Shown here in pieces: positions 49,657 through 60,643 of a stretch of 64,000 nt of DNA (positions are counted from its first letter, which is position 1; every line of letters begins with the position of its first letter). The DNA comes from Phyllosticta citribraziliensis. Lineage: Eukaryota. The notes beneath the pieces were generated by a model that ran no database searches, had not been told where the DNA came from, and saw only the letters and a program-made list of their open reading frames with translations. Location: assembly GCF_038025025.1 (NCBI RefSeq), contig NW_027117342.1, positions 2,170,001 to 2,234,000 of the forward strand, read 5' to 3'. The translations under genes were made by a program, and so were the position numbers.

Positions 49657-51303
49657 GTCTTTTCGCTCTCCCTGCTTTTGATTTTCTAGCGTTGCGGTAC
49701 CCCCCTCTCTCACAGTCTCATTCCAATGACAGAAGCATGCAATTTTCCGCCAGCATAATCATCCAAAAAATGGCGAAATCGGATTGGACCTCCTGAAAAA
49801 GTTTCTTCTTCACCAGGCATGAAAGAATAGGAACGATTCTTCATGGGTTCCATCTCCCTCCAATGTCTGCACCATGAAGGTTTCCATCGGCAGCATGGAA
49901 AGAACGAATGGCTAACCGAATGCAGCCACAGTCTAGATGGGCCACGGGCTATGCTGTAAGTTAAGCGTCGACGACTATCATCCCTCGGCTCGCGTTCCCT
50001 TGTGATGTCGACACTTTGTCGAAAATCTCACAAGCGTGCTTTAGAAAATCTGATCATCCGCGGATCTTGTCGATAGGGCTGATAAGCTGAATAATATTCG
50101 TGCCCTGGTCCGGTTTGGTGGAGTCGCTGCTTGCAAGAGGGGAGCATTGGTGTTTGCTATATATGGGGACGTGGATATGAACAAGCGGCCAGGGCTTAGT
50201 GCCACGAGGTGGCGAAGGTAGAGAAGGCCCCAGAGTAAAGACTTGTGGACGTGGAGATGAGCTGACAGTCGGGGCTTACCGCAGCCTCAAGCTTTTAGTC
50301 CGATGGCCTCGTCCCGCGTTTCTGCAAACGGTCCAGCGCTTACGCTCGCGCGTCATGCCATTGGTCGCCGTCCGGCTAAACCCTCCTGTCATCTGGTGTT
50401 TCGTTTGGGCACCTCTCCACGCCATCCTTCTCGTCCTCTTCTGCTCCAACATCGCCTGCTGTTACGTCCGCTTTGTGTGAACCTCTGGTATCACTCAGGG
50501 AGTTTTCTTTGCTGTCTTGTACTAGGCGGCGGCGGCAGAGGTGTTTGACCGTCGCAGGAGCACAACAACATCATCCCCATATTGTTTTCATCCGCGTGCG
50601 GTCCATCGAAACCATGTTTCCAGACTTGCCACTGGTGCAGTAGTTTGCTGTGCCTCTCTGTACTCATCGACCTACACATGGCCAGAGCTTTCAAAACACT
50701 TGGTGGCTACTCTAGCCATCGCCGTGGCTTGCGCCTAGTATCCCCACAGCTTCCATAGTTAACCACTTGCTTTGCAATCCTGCAAAGTTCCCGTGCCCCT
50801 CGTCGACTCTCTCGTCTTGACCGTTTCGTGTCGTCCTGTTCCATTAACCAACTGCTGACCCGCTTGGACGGCGTCGAACACCTATCTTCTCTCGTACTAC
50901 GTTCGACGGTGATTGATCTCAATCTTTCCCGCCCTACTTGCCTAACGCTCCATCGTGTGGGAGTTTTATCTGGCTGTGCGAGAGAATTGGGAGTTCCGCC
51001 GCCGCACTCAATTTCTCGGCGCCAGTTTGCTACCTTTGCCAGGCTCGGCGGTCTCTGGCAGACTCAACTTTCGAGCTTCCAACAAACCTTGAACCATCTC
51101 AGTCTTTGGAAGAGAGGAGCAGAGAGGCTCTCGTCCATGTCAAGCGAATCATCTCGTCATTCCTCTCTCAATATCGAACAGCATCACACCGTCTGACAAA
51201 TCCCAATTGCTTCGACTCTCTTTCACAGTCGCGAGGAGGGACTCCTCCACGCGAACTCCAGCCTCGCGGCACTCGTCACGTCACTGGGCAGTCTCTCGCA
51301 AAC

Positions 51304-53655
51304 ATGATCGACATGACTCCTCAACAGGAGTATGCCATCGAGGTCGTGGAGCGAGTGATGTCCTCCATCTCGCTGGCGAGCACCCTCTTCATCATACTCA
51401 CCTTCACCGCGTTCCCCAGTTTCCGGAAGCCCATCAACAGGCTCGTTGTCTACGCCTCCGTAGGAAATATTCTCGTCAACATCGCCACCATCATCTCGGT
51501 CAGCGCCATTCCGGCCAGAGGAGGATCCCCCGAATTATGTCGATTCCAAGGTTTCTTCATTCAGATGTGGGTTTACAATTGCTTCGCCGCGGGTACATCT
51601 CTAACTGACTCTTGCGTAGGTTCATGCCAGCCGACTCGCTCTGGACTCTCTGCATGGCTTTAAACGTCTACCTTACATTTTTCCAGTACGATACCCCGAA
51701 TGAATTCCATATTAGGTTGCTTACATGTTGCAGCAACTACAATGCCGAAGATTTGCGCAACCTCGAAGTTACGTATGCGATTTGCTGTTATGGCATACCG
51801 TTCATTCCCTCTCTCATATACCTCATCCTCGACTTGAGCGCCGACAAGGGCATCTATGGCCCTGCTGTCGTAAGTCTTGACAAAACCTGTGATGACATTC
51901 CGGCTAATTTGACACAGCTCTGGTGCTGGGTGTCGAGCGGTCACGAGTGGATGCGTATCGCATTCTTCTATGTCCCTGTCTGGTGAGTGCTTTTACCTAG
52001 TGATATTGATACATCTAACATCATGAAGGGTCGTCATTGGCACGACACTCATTATCTATGCCTCCACCGGCAAAGTCATCTGCAGGCAGCGCAATGCTCT
52101 CCAAGCCTTCGCGGAGAACTCGAATCATGCTCCAGTCATCGAGAACCCCTTCACAGCGGTCAATTCGAATGGTGTCACACGCGTCACGGAAATTCAAGTT
52201 ACATCAGAATCTATTCAAGAACCTGCCGAGGGTGACAGATCTGGAGCAGGATCACGAAGCTCCTTTACCAGCACCAGAGATTTGGGTGATACTGCAACCC
52301 CGATCGCAAGGCCAGAACATGCTCTTACTCGGACTCCCACCACTGGCAGCTGGAAGGAAAGGTGGGACGCGAATCAAAACACTTCAAGCAATGGCCAGAC
52401 TGAGAATGCCTCTGCTTCCACGTCCAAAGCCCCCTGGATCACAGAGACTGAACAGTTTCGGGCAAGCATCTCTGCCGGTCGTCCTCTTCCACGCGACCTT
52501 CTCTTAGATCTTGAGGGACACCGGCCAACCAACGGTGCTGCCAGGAAGAACAGCCTGGCGCGCGTTCAGGCGAATAGAGCTGCGTGGAGCTACGCAAAAG
52601 TGTCCTTCTTGATGTTCTTGGCGTTGTTCATCGTCTGGGTACGCCTTCTGCCATGTTACTCACGCGTAAATCTTGCTGACAATTCTTCTCAGGTTCCGTC
52701 CACCGTCAACCGCATTTACGCGATCGCGCATCCCACTAAGCCCAACTTCGCTCTCAACGCTATTGCTGCAGGTGTGCTTCCCCTCCAAGGATTTTGGAAC
52801 TTCTGCATGTACATTGCGACGTCGCGGACCCAGTGCAAAGACGCCTACATCGATATCAGGGATGCAGCCACGGTGTGGTACCATCGCAAGTTCAACAAAA
52901 AGCGGCCCGGCAATCGTTTTTCCAAGGACGCACAGTCGGTGTTCTCCAGCAACGGCCGGAAGCGCCTTGGCAGCAATGCTGAGGGTTTTGACGGCGAGAA
53001 ATCCGCGACGATCCCTCGATCCAGCTCCGTGAGGAACGAGACGTCCTTGTCTAGAGCAGTGTCCGTTGCCACGACGGTCAAGACATCGCCGCGTCCGCCG
53101 TCGACCGCCACGTCGCGGTCCACCTTTTCCATCTCCAACATCTCACCGGCCGGATACTACATGCCCAAGCCCAGAGGCTCGAGGTCAAGCCCACACAAGG
53201 ATGTTCCGTCTGCACGCACACCAGCGACGGTCCAAGAACAGCTTCGGCTGAAGGCCCTGCAGACATCGCCGACCAAATCATCGCGTTCAGGATCCAACCG
53301 TCGATCCGCATCGTCGGCGACGTCGTCCCTCGGCAAGCGCGTCCCCCTCAGCCCTTCGGTGCCCCCCATGAGCCCGCGCTCCATCCACTCCTTCGCCACC
53401 AACAGGTCGCTGCACGCCGTCTCCGAGGTCGAAGGCGAGGAGCCCAGGGAGACGAACGCCAAGCCGACGGGCAAGAGGAAGGTGAACAGGGCCAGGACGG
53501 TCAGCACGTCGTCTAGGGACAAGGAGCTGCCGGTGCCCCCGCGCAAGCGCCACAGCTCGTCGACCTTGACCATGGTCACAACCATGAGCAGCATTCCCGA
53601 CAAGGACGCGGAAACCGAGGGTTCCTCTGCCGCGTACCGGGACAGCAGGCCGTGA
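51304..53655 (+). CDS. cAMP-receptor-like (CRL / Dicty_CAR family) G-protein-coupled receptor
   Basis: Introns at 51567-51619, 51686-51733, 51870-51917, 51983-52028 and 52639-52692. 7TM motifs FRKPINRLVVYAS, LCRFQGFFIQMFMPADSLWTLCMALNVYL, YGPAVLWCW, RIAFFYVPVW, AAWSYAK..FL, WVPSTVNRIY and VLPLQGFWN, followed by a long S/R-rich tail. Confidence 0.9.
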
Positions 53656-55711
53656 GCGGCTTCGGATGTCTTCTTCCCGTATCCGATCCCCTGACAGGGA
53701 GCAGCAAACACCTTACTATTATGCTACTCTCGATCCCTGTCAACACCGAAAAATGTCGTCGCTGTGGTGGCCTGCAAGTGGATTTTCGCTGAAGCATCTG
53801 AGGTGGACCGCCTCGCGCTGGAGCGTTCATCGATTCAACAATGCACCTCATCGTCCTACCCAGAAAGTCTCCACGCCTGGAGGATGCAAATCTATAATAC
53901 AGGAGGACGCTTTACCAAAATCCCACGGCCTTCATACTCGACCAAAGAGTCTCACTCCGTCCCTTCCCTCTTTCACTTTCACTGCGCGCACGAAATACCC
54001 CGCCGGACGATGATGAATTACGCTCACATACCACCACCACCACCAACACAGCTTCTCTTTGGCTTTTCTTTTCTCTTCGAAGTTCCTATTTGACCTCAAA
54101 ACAACCCCCCTATTTCGTCGTTAACCACGGTCTGATAATGGAGCGGAAGACTGGACGCACGTTTGCACATGCAATCCGACGGCGTCAATGCATCATCCGT
54201 TGGAAGACATTGATTACAAAACGTCATTCTGGCCTCGGAGAATAGGCGAGATTAATTAACCCACATACTTGACTGAGGACGGATGGATGGACGACCCGCT
54301 CGCTCGCTCGCTCGTGCAGAGTGAGAGCAGAAGGCAAAACTGGCCCACGGCGAAGCAGCGCGTACAACACACTCGCGTACTGCGGATGCCTCAACTCCGT
54401 CCACCTCGTCGCCCTCTGGGCCTTTCCGTTTCCCTTTTGCTTCGTGTTTCCTTCCGAGCAAGCAGGCAGTTGAATTCGCTTGTCCTCTTCTCTTTAGCTC
54501 GTCAATACCCCCACCCCCCTTGTAGAGTAGTAGTTGCAGTGCGTTGCTTTCGATCGCGAACGCGAATAGACGGGCAGACAGATAGATAGACAGATAAAAA
54601 GGCTAATTCCAGAACGCCTGCCTTTATCTTTTTCCTCTTTCTCCAGTGCCTCCCCTCAATCAAGCGAGCACCCAAGAACGAAATTGCCGCTCCACTCGAT
54701 CAATCAAACGACTCATCTCTCTCTCTCTCTCTCTCTCTCGCTGTTTCTCTTCAACAAACTATCGACCCGCCTCACCTCCTCGCGCTATCGACTGACTGCG
54801 CAAAAGTGGGTGGGCGCGTGGGTGCGTGGGCGTGTGGCTCACAGCTGTGGCGCTGTCAACCCATGGATGCATGCAACGAATGAACGCTTGCGACCTGCCC
54901 TACCACCGAATGGCTGTCCAAAGGACTGTCCGGCTAGATGGCTGGCTGCGGCTGATTGACTGGCCGCGGCTCGTCTCGTCTTGCCCTGCCTGTCTTGCTC
55001 TGCTTGCTCCGCATCTCTCTCACGCGCACTGGCAGAGAGCCTCGCTCGCTCGTTCTTTGATCTGCTGCTACTACCTGCCCACCTGGTTGCTCGACGGTGT
55101 TCGGAGAGAGAGGGTTGCTGCATCGGGAACTAGTGCTGTGAAGAGTCGCCGACGAGCCGGGCGAAACTGAAGACGGGAAACGTGAAAAGCCGAAAACCGT
55201 CCATAGCAGACAGCACCGATGCGTTGCCTTGGCAAGCTTCTCAGTAGCACGCGCGAGGTATATGAGACAAGACTCCAAAATACACATCAGACGACAACTT
55301 CGAGAACTTTCTTTTCTTGATTGTAGCAGCCTAGCCAGTCATCGGAGTGACTTTCACCTGTTTCACGACGAACGCAAGCAAAAGACAGCCCCCAACATGC
55401 TTCTAGGCATCTACCAAAAAAGCTCCATGCATCTGCCTCCGCTTTTTAATTCGAATGTCAAAAGGTGCGCGCGCACACACTCGCCCCTTGCCCGGACGCG
55501 GGCGCGGCACATAACACTCAACAGAGTATGGACACAGAAAGGTCGCAGGATTCATTCCATGCTGCCTTTTCTCTCCTCCCCTCCCCCTCCCCTCCCCTCA
55601 CGACAACAACAACAACGGGGCCTCGGCTCGTGGCCATGACCAAAACAATAAAAGACAAACACTAACAATACTTTCGCCACTCGCAGGCAGGGAGGAGAAC
55701 CAGAACAAACG

Positions 55712-55734
55712 AAAAAAAAAAAAAAAAAAAAAAA
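55712..55734. repeat. Poly(A) tract, 23 nt
   Basis: Homopolymer run in the gap between the GPCR and PDE 3' ends. Confidence 0.9.
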
Positions 55735-57212
55735 GCAAGGAAACAAAAGCCGCCTCAAAGTGCAACATGGTATCTATAAGGAGAAGAAGAGGAAGGCTAG
55801 GAAGAAAAGGAGGATAGAGAGGTAAAAAAGGCTGTAAGCGCTCCCCCTCCGCACTCCAGAACGGGTAGGCAGACAACAACGTACACCCCCCGCGACAGTA
55901 GTGAGTTGAAGATCCCAGAATTTCCGAATCAAGAATATGGGGCACTAGACAAGAGCGCAGCCGAGAGAGGCATGAGAAAGACGTGAAAGCTACGAGCCTT
56001 GTCGGGCCCAATAGACACGTAAGAGAGACTGGAAGGAAAATGGAGGATGATGACACATCCGATACTGTAACCGAGAAAAAAAGATGTGTACTATTGAACA
56101 TGGCGGTCTCGAAACTTGAAATTTGATTGAGCATGCAGTAATCAGGCGGACCTGACGGTAGTCTCTGCTTGGCTTTCTCCGTCTCGAATGCGAGAAAAAG
56201 CAGAAAAAAAGGAACAAGGTGTTTTGACAGTGAGGACAGGGCTTGGTCAAAGACACGGTCGACTGTGGCTAGTTCGGGACGTGTAAAACCGGTGGAGGAT
56301 TTCGTGTAACGGAGAAAAGATGTCTAATGTGACACGTCCAATGCGAAGAGGATTGAGAGTGGTTGCGAGGCGAGTCAAGACGCGGTCGCGAAGTTGCTCG
56401 CATCATCGCTACATCCGCTCTAAAAAGCAGACAAAGAAATTCGGTGATTAAAAGAGTGGTTTGTTTGGGAGGAGAAGGCCGGTACGGTCGAGTTTGCCAA
56501 GTGAGAGTGAATCCTGGGGCCGTTGACATGGTGATTGACGAGGCACCACGATGGCCCGTTATGGTCCCACTTCGGGAGATTTCCCGGAGCGTCGACGCAG
56601 CCGAGAAAAAAGCAAGTCGTGTACGACCAAAGATATAATACCTCGCTTGAGAGGTCCCGTCATTTGGCGTGTGATGCTGAGAGTCGCTGGCTAGGCGCCG
56701 AGACCATTCAGATCTCAAGGTCCACTCTGACGCAATGTCGACTTGCTCCGAGGAACGGTAATGTCAAGGAAAAGATCAAGAGAAGGAGGAACATGACGAT
56801 GTCCTCTTCGTCGTGTGCCGTGCGCCGCATGAGCACAGGGCAGGTTTGGTTCTTGGTTGCAAAGAAGCAAAAACGCACCAATAGCGCCAAGTTGTGTCAT
56901 TGCTTTTCATGCCCGTCGTTCGCCCATGCTTCATTCGTGTTCTTGCGTTCATAGCGCAGATATTAATCCCAACTCCTTCCGGACCCGAGCACAATAAGGA
57001 GGAAAGACGAAAACGTGGCCGACGTTGGTAGGATGCAATCAAGTTAGGAGGAGAGGGGGAAGATAGACGTGCTGTGCCACGTGGTGTGGTATCGTCCGTG
57101 GAGACGATGCCTGAGGCCATCGGATGGCCCCTTTCGAGGACTCCGAAGTCCGTGCGCCGCTCCATGTTGCTGCCTGTGTTGATCCCCTTGCGCTTATGTT
57201 TTCCAGCCCCTA

Positions 57213-60200
57213 CTACCTCTCCTCAGCCGCGCGCTGGAACTTGGGTGGCGTATCCGGATAGCTGCCCGGAAGCAGTGGCATGCTTCCTCTCCTGCCACCT
57301 GCTGCACCGCTCGTGACGGGTGTTTTCGGCGGCGCAGGCGACAGGGGTGGCTGGTCTCGCCCAGGAAATGTACCAGCAGTGGAGACCTCTCCCATGTCCT
57401 GGCTCTTGTCGCCGCGTATTCTCCGGCGCCAGAATCTACCAAGCACACCTCCCCTACTCTTTGGGCGACTCTGCGCTGGTGCTTCGCCTGTGCCCTCAAA
57501 CGTATGGGGGTCGTCCTGGTACAACGTACTGCTTTTACTAGTCCCGGTTCCGGGAGTGGCAACGGCGTCTGCTGCGGCTGGGGTGAGGGAGCCTTTGCGG
57601 TTGTGGCGGTTCCTCTTCCAGCGGGATTGCGTCTCCACCGGAGTATGCATGCCGGACAAAGCTCCAGGGGCTTGCGAGGAGCCATCTGAGGTGTGAGGTT
57701 TAGGGGGCATGGGACGAGATTCTGGAATGGCCGGGGGAGTGAGGTGCTTTGGATCGATAGTGGCGGGGCTGTTGGGGCCAGAATGGGGTGCTCGATATCG
57801 CTTGCTGACGTGGACCTGTCCATTTGCTGTTGGCGGGAAGCCAGGACTGTCGGGCAATTGCGGCTGGACGCAGTCAGTCTCTGATGACGTTGGTGAATTT
57901 GATTCAGGCCTCTCCAGAAATTTCGAAGATGCGGGAGAATGAGGCAGAGGTGAGTAGTTGGACGAGCTGGGCGAGGGACGTACAGGCGAATCTGGTCTTG
58001 ACGATATTTGGAGATTCGAAGGAGTTTCTTGCCGACTTTTGCGACGCTTGGAAAGGGGCGACTGCGAGCGTAAGCGCAGGCCCTTCTTTTTTACATTCTC
58101 GGAGGGTTTGCTCGGGTCTTGGGTTACCAGGATGGTTGTTAAACTTGCATCGGCGCTACCACGACGTGACTGAGAGTTTGAGTTGCCATTTCCAGGAGTT
58201 AGATGGCGGGGTATGGGGATGGCCGCAAGAGACGAGCGCCGCGTCTCCGTTGGGGAGCTGGGTCCTCGCGAAGAGCGCCCCGAAGAGTCTGAACCATTCA
58301 CGCGCGTAGGAAGGAAGAGGGACCTTCGCTTGACCGAACTGGTGTTGGACTGCGAGCGATCTGGTTGGGGAGGTCGGGATTCCGCCACTTCCTCGAGATT
58401 TGAGGAATCGTCGTTGCGCGCTTGCTCGAGAATCAAGCTGTTTTCAAAGCCTCCAATACTCGAATCGGTCTTCGGCTTTTGCTTGTCTTTTTCTTGGTCG
58501 ATTCTCTCTCTCCAAATCCTCTCGTTCGTGACGATTTCGTCAACGGCAAATTTCATACTGGGAAGTATGTCGGCAACGGCCTTGAATAACGGACGCGCAA
58601 AGATGTTCATGAAGCCTATTTGAGACTCTCCCATCTTGACCATGTCGTCGCGGACAGGCGGACCGCCTACCAGACAGGTCGGAACTTGAAGCTCTTCTTC
58701 CATCTGGCCCTGATTACTAAACTCGTCTGTGAGTATAGCGGCCCACCGAGCAGCCGTGTTGAAATTCCGAGCCTGCAAGCGCCGCATTAGCTGGTGTCAG
58801 GCAGGCGGATCGATCACTCGACGCAACCGCCACTGCCGCGAAACTTAGCTCGACTTACCACGTTACTGATGTCGGCGCACTTGATGAGTAAACCACACAC
58901 CAAGTCGCGATTTTCATCCAAGACCTTTTGGATCCAGCCGTCCATTCCACCCTGGTTTTGAGCCAGCTTTTCCTGCAGGTTGCCGAGATCAGTCATGTAT
59001 CTGAAGTGGAGACCCATGTCGGTGGCCAAGATGGTAGTGATCATCAGCTTGCGCATGGCCATATCAGCAAAAGCGCTTGGCCAGTACCTGCGCAGAATTT
59101 GGGAATATGCAGCGCAATGAAAGGACTCTAGGACGGAGCGATCGTTGTAGAGCTGCGCCAAGGGAGCGTTGAGAGCGACGAGAAAGGCATTGTTGACGCC
59201 GGGATGTCCCACGTCATGTCCAATAGCGGAAATCAGCAAGGTGAGAGCGTCGAAAGGCTTGAGGAGAGAAGAAATCGGAGGCTGTTCCGGAACCATACTA
59301 GGAGTGCCCGCAGGGTACGTGGGTAATGCGCCAACCTGGAGCAGGAAGAAGAACAAGGCTTGTAACACGTCGACGACATGACGAAAATTGTGGTAAAGGA
59401 CGAATTCGTTGTAGGCGCTGCGGCTCGCAAGGAGAAATATCATCAAGTCATCTGAAAAATGCAATGTCAGTTGCGTTCGCGCAAGTTGATCTGTGGGACT
59501 TGTAACCTTCGGCCATGCGCCAGCGCTCCACCTCTGGCATACTCAACGCGTGCTGAAGCATAGTGAGCGATGCGTACAAAAGCTCGTCGTCGTTGAAGTC
59601 GTGCGCGGAAAATGACCAGGTTCCGACCGCCCTGGCAATCTCTTTGCGGCGCTCCACGCTGACCTCGACGTCGCTGGACACTTGGTCAGTACGATCGCAC
59701 AACCAGTACGCAAAAGCGCCTACCTGGGATCCAAGGTATCTTGTGCTGTGTCGGGACAGCAGATATTCCCCATAAGATTCGATACCATGGCTTCCCTGAG
59801 ATATGAGAACGGCTTTTCCTCGTTGACACCAACCCACGACACTTTCCTCGCCTTTTTACTTGCGAGAAAACTCGACTTTTCCCTCATGACTTCTTTGTTT
59901 ATCCGGTAAGCGTGCACGGCAAGTCCGTGGATGTGGTCTTTTGAAAGCGGGCTTGCCAGTACGTCGACCGCGCCAGCGTCGAGGTATCGAACCAGGCGCA
60001 CCGTGTCGGTAAGCACGCGCGAACCGCCAGGAGTGGGTGATGAGGGATCGCTGGCAGTGTCTTCGCGATTCAAGCCACTGAGTATTATGATGGGTATGAT
60101 CAATCTTGGCAGTCGGTGGTCTTGGACTTCGGCAGAAATGTGCCTCAACAAATGCATGCCATAGAGATCTTCGGGCTCGATGACGTCGGGGGTTCCTCTG

Positions 60201-60643
60201 GCAGCGGTGGGCGAAGGGGTCCGAGGCTCCCGTGACAGTCGCTTCATCCGGCGCTCTTCGTCGTAGGGCAGGTCTATCAGGACTAGCACGGGGCAGTTGT
60301 CGAGGTTGGTGGTGTTGCACAGGTTCCATATGCTATCAAGGCACGCAGAACCGGACCGATGCACGTCGACTGCGGTGAGCTGGTTAGCAGGCATTCCTTG
60401 TTGGGGCGGAGGAGAGGAAGCGGTGCCGCATGCTGGTCACGTACCCTCGTTGAAAATGGACAGGAGCGTCTCAACGTTGGACAGCACCTCGACCGTGTCC
60501 GCCTTTCTGATGTTGAAGTATCCCTGGGAGGAGGCGGAGCGGGCGTCGCGAGCGTTCATGCCGGCTGCCACATTGTCCCTCCGCACACGCTCTGGATGCG
60601 CCCGCCGGTCGAGATAGATGACATTGCACGCTCCATGGTCCAT
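57213..60643 (-). CDS. PDE2: High-affinity class I cAMP phosphodiesterase (Pde2/PdeH) with an N-terminal receiver-like domain
   Basis: Introns at 60370-60444, 59674-59723, 59452-59506 and 58773-58858. PDEase_I motifs YHNFRHVVDVLQ, HDVGHPGVNN, YNDRSVLESFH, ILATDM, CADISN and QIGFM. Confidence 0.93.

Noticed and set aside
54009..54136. Box C/D snoRNA candidate (ATGATGA ... CTGA)
   Set aside because: The interior is low complexity, with no terminal stem and no evident rRNA-complementary guide.
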